This document shows positions 30,611 to 42,038 of a stretch of 64,000 nt of DNA, piece by piece (the first letter of the stretch is position 1; each line of letters begins with the position of its first letter). Under the pieces are notes generated by a model. It searched no databases. It worked only from the letters and a program-made list of their open reading frames with translations, and was not told where the DNA came from. Source of the stretch: an uncultured delta proteobacterium (GTDB lineage: Bacteria > Desulfobacterota > Syntrophia > Syntrophales > UBA2192). The stretch is from the NCBI GenBank assembly GCA_963705165.1, contig CAVPJD010000024.1, positions 147,119 through 211,118 on the forward strand. Reading direction: 5' to 3'. The position numbers were made by a program, and so were the translations under genes.

Positions 30611-32044
30611 ATGAAGAATCCTTTTTTCAGAAGAACACAGATTCGATGGTTCCCGGTTCTTTTGGGGGTCATCGCGCTTACGTGGGTCATGCCGGGAAAC
30701 GCCGACGCCCAGAAGGGCGCCTCGCCGGACCTCAGTACGGCCATCGTCCGGGTGGCCAAGGAAAGCATTCCCGCCGTGGTCCACATCGAGGTGACCCACA
30801 GCCAGGAAGTCAGGCGGCCGACGACGCCCTTTGAGGGGGACCCTTTCTTCCGCTTCTTCCAGGACCCGCAGCGCACGCCACGCAAGTTCAAGCAGGAAAC
30901 GCGGGGGCTCGGCACGGGGATGATCACCGACACCCAGGGGCACATCCTGACCAACAACCATGTCGTGGGCGGCGCCTCGAAGGTCCAGGTTCTGCTCGCT
31001 GACGGGTCCCGGTTTGAGGCGCGCGTCGTGGGAACGGACCCCAAGACGGACCTTGCCATCATCAAGATCGACGCAAAGAAGGCCCTTCCCCACGTGAAGT
31101 TCGGCAATTCCGATGCCATCGAGGTGGGCGAGTGGGTTGTCGCCATCGGTCACCCCCGCGGCCTCGACCAGACCGTGACGACGGGAATCATCAGCGCCAA
31201 ACACCGCCGGGGGATCACCGACCCGTCGGGCTACCAGGACTTTCTCCAGACCGACGCGGCCATCAACCCCGGAAACAGCGGCGGGCCCCTGCTGAACCTG
31301 CGGGGAGAGGTCGTCGGGGTGAATGCCGCCATCGCCTCCGCATCTGGCGGCTTCGAGGGTATCGGTTTTGCGATCCCCAGCAACATGGCCCTCTATATCT
31401 CCCGCGAACTCATCGCCAGGGGAAGGGTGGAGCGGGGCTGGCTCGGAGTGTCCGTGCAGGACTTGAGCTATGATCTCTCCAAGACCCTGGGCATCGAGGG
31501 GACCCGGGGCGCGCTTGTCTCCGAGGTCCTCAAGGCAAGCCCGGCGCAGAAGGCAGGGCTCAAGCAGGGCGATGTCGTTATCGCCTACAACGGCAAGGAA
31601 ATCCGCGATGCCTCGCAGTTGCGCAACGAGGCGGCTTCGTCGCCCATCGGCAAAGAGGTGAATCTGACGATCCTCCGCGAAGGAAAGAAGCGCGAGGTTC
31701 CCGTACGGATCGAATCCATGGAGAGCCGCGGCCAGGCCACCGCCGTCCCGATCCGGGAGCGCCTGGGCGTCACGGTGCGACCGGCAGCGGCAAAGGAGGC
31801 AACTCGCCTGAAGCTCAGGCCCGGCCAGGGGGTCGTCATCACGCGCGTCGAGCCCGGAAGCCCTGGAGCCAAGGCCGGCCTGGAGCCCGGCGATGTGATT
31901 CTGGAGGTGAACGAGATCGCCCTGTCGAGTACACAGGACCTTTCCGGGGCCCTGGCCCCGGTGAAGCCGGGCCAGCAGATCCTGGCTGGCGTCGTTGACG
32001 GACGCACCGGAGAGAGAGGCTCTCTTCAGATCAAGGTCCGTTGA
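30611..32044 (+). CDS. DegP/DegQ (HtrA) serine protease with two PDZ domains
   Basis: TNNHV, DLAI, INPGNSGGPL, GWLGV; signal peptide. Confidence 0.96.
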   Translation: MKNPFFRRTQIRWFPVLLGVIALTWVMPGNADAQKGASPDLSTAIVRVAKESIPAVVHIEVTHSQEVRRPTTPFEGDPFFRFFQDPQRTPRKFKQETRGLGTGMITDTQGHILTNNHVVGGASKVQVLLADGSRFEARVVGTDPKTDLAIIKIDAKKALPHVKFGNSDAIEVGEWVVAIGHPRGLDQTVTTGIISAKHRRGITDPSGYQDFLQTDAAINPGNSGGPLLNLRGEVVGVNAAIASASGGFEGIGFAIPSNMALYISRELIARGRVERGWLGVSVQDLSYDLSKTLGIEGTRGALVSEVLKASPAQKAGLKQGDVVIAYNGKEIRDASQLRNEAASSPIGKEVNLTILREGKKREVPVRIESMESRGQATAVPIRERLGVTVRPAAAKEATRLKLRPGQGVVITRVEPGSPGAKAGLEPGDVILEVNEIALSSTQDLSGALAPVKPGQQILAGVVDGRTGERGSLQIKVR

Positions 32045-32180
32045 GCCGTTTTCCCTTCCTTGCCCGCCCGGATAGGCGCCGAAGCGATCAAGAATTCGTG
32101 AATGTCGGGGCTTTTTTTGCTATACTCTCACCCCGGGCTGCCGCACAGAGCGGCCGACCGATAACGGCAGGGGGAGCGGC

Positions 32181-32741
32181 TTGATGCACAACGCAACCGG
32201 TCGGCGACTCATGAGCAGCGCGATGGCCGCTGCCCTGCTTCTTGCCCTGGCGTTGATTGCGTCCTGCACCCCATCTGCGCCCGGCCCGGCCGCAGAATCG
32301 TTCAAGAAGGAAGTCCAGGCGACGAAGGAATCTCTTGCGCCCTCCCTGATGGATGCCGTGGCCAGCCGGGAACCCCGTTCGGCCAGGAGCATCCTGGAGC
32401 GGCAATGCGCCCTGGCCGGAGAGGGTGGCATCCCGTTCACCTGCGGGATCACCGTCCTGGATTCTCACGGCATCACTCTCGCATCCGCCACGCCCGGCGA
32501 AACGATCAAGCGCCTCGACTACTCGCGCTACGAGGTTGTCATGAAAGCCCTGAAGGAGCGCAAAATCGTCAAGGCGAAGCTCTACCTCCAGGACCACTCA
32601 ACACTCTACGTTGTGAGCATCCCCCTCGTGCGCCAGGGGGAGGTGCTGGGGCTCCTGGTGCTTGCCTTTGACGCGGCAGACCTCCGGAACCGGTTCGGTC
32701 TCACCGAGGAGGAATTCCTGAGGGCGGATCTGAACGGCTGA
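32181..32741 (+). CDS. hypothetical lipoprotein (Cache/PAS-like periplasmic fold possible)
   Basis: LIASC lipobox; ITVLD..G and VSIPLVRQGEVLGLLVL pattern. Confidence 0.65.
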   Translation: MMHNATGRRLMSSAMAAALLLALALIASCTPSAPGPAAESFKKEVQATKESLAPSLMDAVASREPRSARSILERQCALAGEGGIPFTCGITVLDSHGITLASATPGETIKRLDYSRYEVVMKALKERKIVKAKLYLQDHSTLYVVSIPLVRQGEVLGLLVLAFDAADLRNRFGLTEEEFLRADLNG

Positions 32742-32762
32742 AACCCGTCAAAACCCGGATCG

Positions 32763-33908
32763 ATGGAAGAGATGGAAACAACAGGATACCGGCTCAGCGT
32801 CGAAGGAAAAGCGGGGGAAGAGGCGACGATCCGCCTCGCAGGCCGCCTTTCGCTGGACGATCTGGAGCCCCTCATGGCCGACCTGCAGGCGATCCCGGGG
32901 CGCTTGAAGCCCCGGAGGCTTTCCGTCGATCTTGCCGGTGTCGAGTACCTGGACAGCGCCGGGGCGCTCGCCCTGATCGAACTGGAGAACCTCGCCAAAT
33001 CGCTTGCGATCCCCTTTGAACTCCTCAACGTCTCCGGGACGAATCACGGCCTGCTGGGCCTCATCGACCGGGAAGCGCTCCAGCGGCCGCCGCTGAGGCC
33101 GGAATCGGTCCGGCCGACCGCTGTGGAGAAGCTGGGCGAGTTGGCCCGCAGGCAGTACCGCGACTTCCTCGAGATCATGTCCTTCGTCGGGGAGCTCGTG
33201 GTGGCGCTTGCCTGGAGTCTGGCGCATCCCCGCAGCGTGCGCTGGGAGGACGTAAAATTCTACATGAAGCGGGCAGGCGCCGACGGGCTTCCCATCGTGG
33301 CGCTCATCAGCCTGCTGCTCGGCCTCATCATGGCCTTCATGTCGTCTCTTCAGCTCAAACAGTTCGGGGCCACCATCTACGTGGCCAACCTCGTGACCCT
33401 TGCCATGGTCCGCGAGCTGGGCCCCATCATGACGGCCATCCTCGTGGCGGGCCGCTCGGGATCGGCCTTCGCCGCGGAGATCGGCACCATGGTCGTCAAC
33501 GACGAGGTCAACGCGCTGGTGACCATGGGCTTTGACCCTATCCGGTTCCTGGCCGTCCCCAAGGTGCTCGCAGTCATGGTGGTGGTGCCCATCCTGACCG
33601 TCTACGCCGACCTCTTCGCCATCCTCGGCGGCCTCATCGTGGGGATCACGGGCCTGGATCTCACCGCATTCACCTATATCCAGCAGACAAAGTCCAGCAT
33701 CCGGGTCTTTGACTTCGCCACGAGCCTGATCAAGGCCGTGGTCTTTGCCCTGCTGATTGCCGGGATCGGCTGCCAGCGGGGATTCAAGGTGAAAGGGGGG
33801 GCTGAGGGTGTGGGGACGTCGACGACCTCCGCCGTCGTCTCGGCCATTTTCCTGATCATCCTGGCCGATTCGGCCTTTGCCATCATGCTGCATTACATCC
33901 GGCAGTGA
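32763..33908 (+). CDS. MlaE-family ABC permease with N-terminal STAS domain
   Basis: DLAGVEYLDSAG; RELGP, AGRSGSAFAAEIGTM, VGTSTTSAVV. Confidence 0.93.
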   Translation: MEEMETTGYRLSVEGKAGEEATIRLAGRLSLDDLEPLMADLQAIPGRLKPRRLSVDLAGVEYLDSAGALALIELENLAKSLAIPFELLNVSGTNHGLLGLIDREALQRPPLRPESVRPTAVEKLGELARRQYRDFLEIMSFVGELVVALAWSLAHPRSVRWEDVKFYMKRAGADGLPIVALISLLLGLIMAFMSSLQLKQFGATIYVANLVTLAMVRELGPIMTAILVAGRSGSAFAAEIGTMVVNDEVNALVTMGFDPIRFLAVPKVLAVMVVVPILTVYADLFAILGGLIVGITGLDLTAFTYIQQTKSSIRVFDFATSLIKAVVFALLIAGIGCQRGFKVKGGAEGVGTSTTSAVVSAIFLIILADSAFAIMLHYIRQ

Positions 33909-33972
33909 CACGTTTGAGAGGACCTTCTTCAAGGGGTTCATGGACGGGCAGATGGCAGGCTGCCGGTTAAAG

Positions 33973-34056
33973 GAAGTGAGGATCAGAAGCCAGGAAGAGC
34001 AGAAGAGCGGAGGGGAAAAGAATTATTTCCGCGCTTCCGCTCTTCCGATCTTCGCA
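33973..34056. repeat. inverted GAAGnnnG arrays inside the mla operon
   Basis: gaagccag gaagagca gaagagcg ... cgcgcttc cgctcttc cgatcttc. Confidence 0.8.
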
Positions 34057-34073
34057 AACGCGCTGCACTGAGC

Positions 34074-34871
34074 ATGGACAAGGCACCTTACTATCGTACG
34101 GGGGTAACATTGGGATCGCCCAACACAGAGCCGGTCATCATCGTCGAGAACCTCACGGCACGCTATGGCGACGTGACGATCCTTGAGGACGTGAGCTTCG
34201 AGGTCCGCCGGGGCGAGCGGTTCATGATCCTCGGGGGCAGCGGCTGTGGAAAATCGACGCTGCTCAAGCACATGATCGGCCTCATCAAGCCCTCTGCGGG
34301 CCGGGTCATCATCAACGGCATCGACATTGCCCGGGCCGACGAGGAGGCGCTTCACCGGGTTCGAAGCGATCTCGGCGTGCTCTTCCAGGCCGATGCCCTT
34401 TTCGGCTCCATGTCGCTTGCGCAGAACGTGGCCCTGCCGCTTGCGGAGTACACCAACCTTTCGCCGGAGCTGATCCGCGAGATCGTCCGGATGAAGCTCG
34501 GTCTTGTGCACCTGGTGGGCTATGACAATCACATGCCGGCAGAGCTTTCCGGGGGCATGCGAAAACGGGCGGGGCTGGCGAGGGCCATGGCCCTTGACCC
34601 CACGTTCCTCTTCTTCGACGAACCCTGGGCGGGCCTCGATCCCGTGACGGCCGCCGAGCTCGACATCCTCATCCGCAGCCTCAACGAGGGGATCGGCACG
34701 ACGATGGTCTTCGTCACCCAGGAGCTGGCCTCCATCTTCAGTCTCGGCGAGCGCTCCATCATGCTCCACAAGGACACGAAAGGCATCATCGCACGGGGAA
34801 CGCCGGCAGAGCTCCGGGAAAAGTCAACGGACCCCCGGGTGCTCAACTTTTTCAACCGTCAGGCCGACTGA
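34074..34871 (+). CDS. MlaF-family ABC ATPase
   Basis: GGSGCGKST, LSGGMRKR, FFDEP; start uncertain. Confidence 0.93.
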   Translation: MDKAPYYRTGVTLGSPNTEPVIIVENLTARYGDVTILEDVSFEVRRGERFMILGGSGCGKSTLLKHMIGLIKPSAGRVIINGIDIARADEEALHRVRSDLGVLFQADALFGSMSLAQNVALPLAEYTNLSPELIREIVRMKLGLVHLVGYDNHMPAELSGGMRKRAGLARAMALDPTFLFFDEPWAGLDPVTAAELDILIRSLNEGIGTTMVFVTQELASIFSLGERSIMLHKDTKGIIARGTPAELREKSTDPRVLNFFNRQAD

Positions 34872-34882
34872 GGAGATGCGAG

Positions 34883-34983
34883 GAGGTTAGGAAGATCAGA
34901 AGAGCGGGAAAAGTGGATCGGGTCTGTTTTTTCTTTGGTTGTTCCTTCCGCTCCTCCTCACTTCCTCGCTTCCGATCTTCGCA
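34883..34983. repeat. inverted GAAGnnnG arrays inside the mla operon
   Basis: gaggttag gaagatca gaagagcg ... ctcacttc ctcgcttc cgatcttc. Confidence 0.8.
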
Positions 34984-35066
34984 GTCAGAAAGCCTGAAGG
35001 CATCGATAAGGCTGTTTTGAAGATGCAGCCCGATTGATAGAACATTAGCCAGGGAGAAGCACCAAG

Positions 35067-35996
35067 ATGGTCAGACACGTATCAAGCCGTGCCCTCGGGC
35101 TCTTCGTCACCGTCGGCGTCATCCTGGGGGTAACCGCAATCATCTGGGTCGGGGCCTCGAAGTACTTCGAAAAAGGGGACCGCTACGTCACCTTCTTCAA
35201 CGAGAGCGTCCAGGGCCTCCAGCAGGACTCGGCCGTCAAGTACCGCGGTGTGGATGTGGGTCGCGTGGAGGGAATCCGGGTGGCTCCCGACAACCGGCTC
35301 ATCGAGGTGGTCATGAAGATCCGGCTCCGGGAGGAGGTGGAAAAAAATAACGTCGCCTCCCTGAGGGCGGTCGGGATCACTGGCATCGTCTTCATCGAGC
35401 TCGACCGGCGCGATCCCGAGGCGCCCGACCTGTCACCCAGGATCGACTTCGCCTCCGAGTATCCGATCATCCCGTCGAGGCCGTCACAGCTCAGGCAGAT
35501 CTTCTCGGGCATCGACGAGATCGTCGAGAAGATCAAGCAGGTCGACCTCGAGGGACTCTCGAAGAGCATCACCAACTCGGCCAAGGCGGCGGAAGACCTC
35601 CTGGCAGGTCCCCGGACGCAGAAAGTGCTGGCAAACCTGGAGTCCATCTCCGTCAACCTCGATCAGACGATGGCCCGCGTCGAAAAGATCACCGCAGAGG
35701 GAAATCTCGAGGGGATTGTCGGCGAGACACGAGCGGCCCTCGTCGAGGCCCGGTCGCTCATCGCCGTCACGCGCGACGAACTCAAGGCCCTCCGGCTTGC
35801 CGAGACGGCGGAAAAAACGAACCGGGTTGTGGACAGCCTTTCCAGGACCTCGCGCACGACGGCCCGGGATCTCCAGGTCATGAGCGACAACATGAAACGC
35901 TCCTCTGAGACTCTGGAGAGGCTCGTGGAGAGGCTGGAGTCCAACCCCTCGGATCTGCTCTTCAGCAAGCCCCCCCCGGCGGGGAGGAGGGACTGA
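35067..35996 (+). CDS. MlaD/MCE family protein
   Basis: N-terminal anchor; ESVQGL...SAVKYRGVDVGRV; coiled-coil tail ending NPSDLL. Confidence 0.92.
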   Translation: MVRHVSSRALGLFVTVGVILGVTAIIWVGASKYFEKGDRYVTFFNESVQGLQQDSAVKYRGVDVGRVEGIRVAPDNRLIEVVMKIRLREEVEKNNVASLRAVGITGIVFIELDRRDPEAPDLSPRIDFASEYPIIPSRPSQLRQIFSGIDEIVEKIKQVDLEGLSKSITNSAKAAEDLLAGPRTQKVLANLESISVNLDQTMARVEKITAEGNLEGIVGETRAALVEARSLIAVTRDELKALRLAETAEKTNRVVDSLSRTSRTTARDLQVMSDNMKRSSETLERLVERLESNPSDLLFSKPPPAGRRD

Positions 35997-36068
35997 CAAA
36001 GATCGAAGGTAAGAGGGAAGGAGGGTAAGAAGTTGAGAAAAAGAAGGGAACACTGCAGGCAGGGGTGG

Positions 36069-36698
36069 ATGAAACGGATATGGTTCCTCTTGTTGGCCAT
36101 GCTCTTCATTGTGGGGTGCGGGGGCGGGAAATCAACCTACGTGGTTCAGCAATACCTCCTGGACTACTCCCCGCCTGCGCTCGCGGGTCTTACAAAGGCC
36201 AACGAGGTGCTCCGCGTGGAACCCTTCTCCACGGCCCAGGCCTTCACCGGCACAGCCATGTTCTACCGACCGTCACCCTTCGAGCTGAGCTCATACAACA
36301 GAGAGCGCTGGCGCGTGATGCCGGGCGACATGGTGACGGATTTCCTGCTGAGGGACCTGCGCAACTCAGGCGCGTTCATGGCCGTCCTGGCCTACGAGGA
36401 TCCGGGCGAGGGCCGCTTCGTTGTGACAGGCACCGTTGCCGAGTTCCTGGAGGTGGACGGAAGAGACGGCCCCAGGGCCCGGCTTTCCGTCGACGCGACT
36501 CTCCTGGACACAACGCAGCGGGAGATCACAAAGCGCGTCGTCTTCCAGAAGACCTACACGGTCGAGGAGGCGATGAAGGACAGGTCGGCCGGGGCCCTTG
36601 CCGAGTCCATGAGCGGGGCCATGAAAAAGTTCTCCGGGGAGCTCATGCTGGACATTCACCGAGCGATGGGCAGAGTGAAGGTTTCGAACTCGCCCTAG
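36069..36698 (+). CDS. ABC-transport auxiliary lipoprotein (PqiC-like)
   Basis: IVGC lipobox; Y...RW...P motif; last gene of the Mla-type operon. Confidence 0.82.
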   Translation: MKRIWFLLLAMLFIVGCGGGKSTYVVQQYLLDYSPPALAGLTKANEVLRVEPFSTAQAFTGTAMFYRPSPFELSSYNRERWRVMPGDMVTDFLLRDLRNSGAFMAVLAYEDPGEGRFVVTGTVAEFLEVDGRDGPRARLSVDATLLDTTQREITKRVVFQKTYTVEEAMKDRSAGALAESMSGAMKKFSGELMLDIHRAMGRVKVSNSP

Positions 36699-36794
36699 CG
36701 CATCTGGATGTTTTCATCAAAACGACCCATGCCACGGGGCCATGTTGCCGGAAATGGAACCCCGTCGCAGAAAAAACCGGGAAAAGGTGATGTC

Positions 36795-37358
36795 ATGACG
36801 ATCAAGGAAAAGGATTATTTCACCGCCCTTTACGAAGTGGCCAGGGTAATCAACGCCTCCCTGGAGCCCTCGGAAGTCCTCGAAAAGATCGCCCACTGCG
36901 TAACCGAGGCGATGGGCGTGAAGGCCTGCTCCATCCGCCTGCTCGATGCGCGCGGAAAGCGTCTTCTCATCGGGGCATCCCAGGGGCTTTCGAAGGGGTA
37001 CCTCCACAAGGGCCCTGTTTTGGTGAAGGAAAGCGGCATCGACCGCAAGGCCCTGGGGGGCAAGACGATCTGGATCGAAGACGCCCAGTCGGACAGGGAT
37101 TTCCAGTACACCGCCGACGCCAAAAAGGAGAAAATCCGATCCATCCTGGTGGTCCCGCTGGTTGTCGGGAAGAAAGCCATCGGGGTCCTTCGCGCCTACA
37201 CGAAGGAGGAGCGGAAGTTCGATAAACAGGAAGTCCGGTTCCTCGAGGCCGTGGCCAACCTGAGCGCCATCGCCCTGGACAACGCCCGCCTATACAATGC
37301 CCTCAAGACGAATTTCGAACTGCTCGTGGAGCACAAGTACAGGATTGATGACAATTGA
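36795..37358 (+). CDS. stand-alone GAF domain protein
   Basis: SIRLLD, SILVVPL, IGVL, AIALDNARLY; no output domain. Confidence 0.88.
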   Translation: MTIKEKDYFTALYEVARVINASLEPSEVLEKIAHCVTEAMGVKACSIRLLDARGKRLLIGASQGLSKGYLHKGPVLVKESGIDRKALGGKTIWIEDAQSDRDFQYTADAKKEKIRSILVVPLVVGKKAIGVLRAYTKEERKFDKQEVRFLEAVANLSAIALDNARLYNALKTNFELLVEHKYRIDDN

Positions 37359-38445
<1,087 letters not shown>

Positions 38446-38465
38446 AAAAAGGTCAGGAGTGCGCC

Positions 38466-40595
38466 ATGCCAAAGCTGATCCTTCCGCGTAAAATCCGCAA
38501 GCGCGACGGCTCCGTCGTCCCTTTCGAAAAGGAAAAGATCCGCTACGCCGTCGAGCGAGCGGCCTTCGAGGTCCTCCAGGACCGCCTGAAGTCGATTACC
38601 GTCTCCGAGACGGTGACCGACACCGTCCTGGCCGACGCAAGCCGCCTCTACCGGAAGGCGACCCCCGGCGTCGAGGCCATTCAGGACCTCGTCGAGCAGG
38701 GCCTCATGAAGGCGGGTTACGGCCCCATCGCCCGGGCCTATATCCTCTACCGCGAGCGCCGTGCGGAGATGCGCCAGGCCAAGGCGGCCCTGGGCCTCAA
38801 AGACGACCTCAAGTTCCCCATCAACGCCATGGAAGTCCTCAAGAAGCGCTACCTGATCAAGGACGACGAGCGCAACATCGTCGAAACGCCAGGCGAGCTT
38901 TTCCGCCGGGTGGCCCGCCACGTGGCCCGGGGGGAGGATGGCTTCAAGTCGGCCGTCTCGGCCACCGAAGCCGAAGAGACCTTCTATGACATGATGCGCG
39001 AGCTCACCTTCCTGCCCAACTCGCCGACCCTCATGAACGCGGGGACGGCGCTTGGTCAGCTCTCGGCCTGTTTTGTGCTGCCCGTGGGGGACTCCATCGA
39101 CGGGATCTTCGGGGCGCTTCATCACATGGCAAAGATCCATCAGTCCGGCGGCGGCACGGGTTTTAATTTTTCGCACCTGCGGCCCAAAGGGGCCCTCGTC
39201 AAGACAACCAAGGGCGAGGCCTCGGGGCCCGTTTCCTTCATGAGCATCTTCGATGCAGCCACCGGGGTCATCGTCCAGGGAGGGCGCCGGCGGGGGGCCA
39301 ACATGGGGATTTTGCGCTGCGACCACCCGGACATCATGGACTTTATCGAGGCCAAGATCGACAAGGGTCGCTTTGCCAACTTCAACCTCTCCATCGCCGT
39401 GACGGACCGCTTCATGGATGCCGTGCGCCGCGACGGCAACTTCGACGTTGTGAACCCCCGGACGGGAAAGAAGGACCGCACGGTGAGGGCAAGGACAATC
39501 TTCGACCTGATCGTCTACGGGGCCTGGCGCACAGGAGACCCGGGACTCATCTTCGTCGACGCGATCAACCGGCAGAACCCAACGCCGGCCCTGGGGCGCA
39601 TCGAGGCTACAAACCCCTGCGGGGAGTTGCCGCTGCTGCCCTACGAGAGCTGCAACCTGGGATCCGTGAACCTCGCCAGGATGGTGAAAAACGGCAAGCC
39701 CGACTGGAAGCGTCTGGCCGAGACGATCCGCTGGGGGGTACGCTTCCTCGACGACGTCATCGAGGTGAACAACTTCCCCATGCCCGAGATAGAGCAAATC
39801 ACGCGCGGAAACCGCAAGATCGGCCTCGGCGTCATGGGGTTTGCCGACATGCTCATCCGCCTCGGGATCCCCTACAATTCCCCGGAGGCAGAGCGCTTCG
39901 CCCGGAGGCTCATGGCCTTCATCCGCCGCGAGTCGCTGAAGGCCTCGGCGGCGCTTGCCGCCGAGCGGGGTGTCTTCCCGAATTACGACCAATCGATCTT
40001 CGCGCGGAAGAACCTCCCCGTGCGAAACGCGACGGTGAACACCGTCGCCCCCACGGGGACGATCAGCATCATCGCCGGCTGTTCGAGCGGCATCGAGCCG
40101 CTCTTTGCCATCAGCTTCGTGCGCAATGTCCTGTCGGGCACGCGGCTCTTCGAGATCAACCCGATCTTCGAGAAGGTCGCCCGGGCACGGGGAATCTACA
40201 AGCGGGAAATCCTCGCCGAGATCGCCCGCTGGGGGAGCCTGCAGAAGATCAAGGGAATCCCGCGGGACATCAAGAGGGTTTTCGTGACGGCCTTCGACGT
40301 GGAGCCGGAGCAACACTTGAGAATTCAGGCCGCTTTCCAGGAGCACTGCGACAACTCGGTGTCCAAGACGATCAATCTTCCCATGGAGTCGACCATCGAT
40401 GAGGTGCGCAACATCTACCTTGCGGCCCACAAGCTCAAGTGCAAGGGGATCACCATCTACCGCTACGGGAGCCGGGCCGAGCAGGTCCTCTCCTTCCGGG
40501 GAGCCGATGGCGGCCCCGTGATTCTCGAGGAGGATCTCATGGCGGCCGACTCGGAGTTCGCCGGCGGCTGCATGACGGGAACGTGTACCTTTTAA
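38466..40595 (+). CDS. nrdJ: adenosylcobalamin-dependent (class II) ribonucleotide reductase with ATP cone
   Basis: IRKRDG ATP cone; PNSPTLMNAG, LSACFV, QGGRRRGANMG, TNPCGE, APTGTIS, VSKTIN. Confidence 0.93.
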   Translation: MPKLILPRKIRKRDGSVVPFEKEKIRYAVERAAFEVLQDRLKSITVSETVTDTVLADASRLYRKATPGVEAIQDLVEQGLMKAGYGPIARAYILYRERRAEMRQAKAALGLKDDLKFPINAMEVLKKRYLIKDDERNIVETPGELFRRVARHVARGEDGFKSAVSATEAEETFYDMMRELTFLPNSPTLMNAGTALGQLSACFVLPVGDSIDGIFGALHHMAKIHQSGGGTGFNFSHLRPKGALVKTTKGEASGPVSFMSIFDAATGVIVQGGRRRGANMGILRCDHPDIMDFIEAKIDKGRFANFNLSIAVTDRFMDAVRRDGNFDVVNPRTGKKDRTVRARTIFDLIVYGAWRTGDPGLIFVDAINRQNPTPALGRIEATNPCGELPLLPYESCNLGSVNLARMVKNGKPDWKRLAETIRWGVRFLDDVIEVNNFPMPEIEQITRGNRKIGLGVMGFADMLIRLGIPYNSPEAERFARRLMAFIRRESLKASAALAAERGVFPNYDQSIFARKNLPVRNATVNTVAPTGTISIIAGCSSGIEPLFAISFVRNVLSGTRLFEINPIFEKVARARGIYKREILAEIARWGSLQKIKGIPRDIKRVFVTAFDVEPEQHLRIQAAFQEHCDNSVSKTINLPMESTIDEVRNIYLAAHKLKCKGITIYRYGSRAEQVLSFRGADGGPVILEEDLMAADSEFAGGCMTGTCTF

Positions 40596-40611
40596 GCCTT
40601 CTTCCCGTCAG

Positions 40612-40652
40612 CTCCCTCTCCCTTGAGGGGAGAGGGTCGGGGTGAGGGTGAA
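40612..40652. repeat. BoxC/REP-like element, short form
   Basis: ccctctccc-ttga-ggggagaggg-tcggggtgagggtgaa. Confidence 0.8.
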
Positions 40653-40701
40653 CAGATCTTCTTCCTCAAAGGAAGACTGACATAATGCGAAAGGCTTAAG
40701 C

Positions 40702-41160
40702 ATGAAGAAGAGTCGTGTCGAGGAAGTGGTAAACACACACGCGGAGGGTTTCAGCTGCGCCCAGGCCCTTCTCGCAGTTTATGGGCCGGAACTGGGCGTG
40801 GACAGGGAAACGGCGCTGAAGATCGCCGGCGGGTTCGGAGGCGGCATGGGCCGCATGGCGGGAACCTGCGGGGCTGTGACGGGAGCCTTCATGGTCATCG
40901 GCCTGATCCACAGCATGACGAAGAAGGGCGACCTGCCGCAGAAGGAGCTTTCCTACGAGTACATCCGGAAGTTTGCCGAGACATTCAGGAAGCGAAACGG
41001 GTCCCTTGTATGCAGGGAGCTCATGGGTGTTGACGTGAGCACGCCGGAGGGCTTTGCCGAATCCAAGGCCAAGAACATCCCCCGGACCGTTTGCCCGAAA
41101 TTCGTCCGCGACGCCGCGGAGATCCTCGAGGAGATGCTGGGCGATTCCCTCGGGAAGTGA
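40702..41160 (+). CDS. C-GCAxxG-C-C family redox protein
   Basis: SCAQA, FGGGM, TCGAVTG, VCREL and VC pattern. Confidence 0.9.
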   Translation: MKKSRVEEVVNTHAEGFSCAQALLAVYGPELGVDRETALKIAGGFGGGMGRMAGTCGAVTGAFMVIGLIHSMTKKGDLPQKELSYEYIRKFAETFRKRNGSLVCRELMGVDVSTPEGFAESKAKNIPRTVCPKFVRDAAEILEEMLGDSLGK

Positions 41161-41180
41161 CGCCCGACAGGAGCAGGATC

Positions 41181-41462
41181 ATGAAGAAAAAGGAGACCCG
41201 TAACCTCAGGGGCCTTTACTCGGTGGGGCCGGCCACGGTGCGCGATCTGAAGCTCCTCGGGATCACCCGGGTGGAGCAGCTGGTCGGGCAGGACGCTCGG
41301 AAGCTCTACGATCGCCTGGGCAGGCTGATGGGGAAGCGATACGATCCCTGCGTAATGGATGTCTTCTCGGCGGCGATTGCGCAGGCGCAAGACCCCGGCC
41401 TTCCAAAAGAGAAGTGCAAGTGGTGGTACTGGAGCCGGGTCCGGAAATCAGGCAAGAAATGA
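41181..41462 (+). CDS. helix-hairpin-helix protein (Cdd1/mitomycin-resistance-like)
   Basis: SVGPAT..DL.LLGI, DPCV.DVF, WWYWS. Confidence 0.82.
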   Translation: MKKKETRNLRGLYSVGPATVRDLKLLGITRVEQLVGQDARKLYDRLGRLMGKRYDPCVMDVFSAAIAQAQDPGLPKEKCKWWYWSRVRKSGKK

Positions 41463-41481
41463 AACGGGTCCTGCACTCGAC

Positions 41482-42024
41482 TCACTTCATGAAATCGCCT
41501 GCCGAAACAACCTCCGCGTAGATCCCCTGCAGGGCGGCCATGAACGCGCCGTGCACGGCCCACGCCGGTACGACCTCCCCCTTGAAGGTCAGGTTCCTCG
41601 TCGCACAGGCATCCTCGATGACGGTGCACTTGAACCCCAGATCGAAGGCCGCCCGCGCTGTGGCGTCGATGCACATCTGGGACATGGCGCCGCAGATGAC
41701 AAGCTGCCCGATCTCCTCTTTTTTCAACAGCTCCAGAAGATTCGTGCCCCGGAAGCCGTTCGGGAAGTACTTGGTCACCACCGGTTCAGCCGGCAGGGGC
41801 TCAACGACGGGATGAATCTCGGCCCCGGGAGTATCAGGGATGAAGAACGTTGCGCCGGCCCGTTTCGAGAGATGCCGGACGTGAAAGACGGGTTCGGAAC
41901 GCTCCCGGAAACCCTGTAGAAGTGCGTTTGCCTTCCCGGCCGCCGCCTCCATCCCCACGAGTTGCATCGCCCCGCCCGTGAAGTAGTCGTTCTGGATATC
42001 CACCAGCAAAAGACCCCGTTTCAT
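41482..42024 (-). CDS. isochorismatase-family cysteine hydrolase
   Basis: LVDIQNDY, K..PN.F, GAMSQMCI..TAR. Confidence 0.92.
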   Translation of the reverse strand: MKRGLLLVDIQNDYFTGGAMQLVGMEAAAGKANALLQGFRERSEPVFHVRHLSKRAGATFFIPDTPGAEIHPVVEPLPAEPVVTKYFPNGFRGTNLLELLKKEEIGQLVICGAMSQMCIDATARAAFDLGFKCTVIEDACATRNLTFKGEVVPAWAVHGAFMAALQGIYAEVVSAGDFMK

Positions 42025-42038
42025 GAGCCTCCCTCCTT

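Noticed and set aside
17857..34983. Short repeats as a CRISPR array
   Set aside because: Units are 7-9 nt and degenerate, with no unique 30-40 nt spacers and no cas genes.
40702..41160. Further selenoproteins among the redox genes (C-GCAxxG-C-C protein, MsrAB, DUF362 and ferredoxins)
   Set aside because: All are uninterrupted and have Cys codons at their motif positions.
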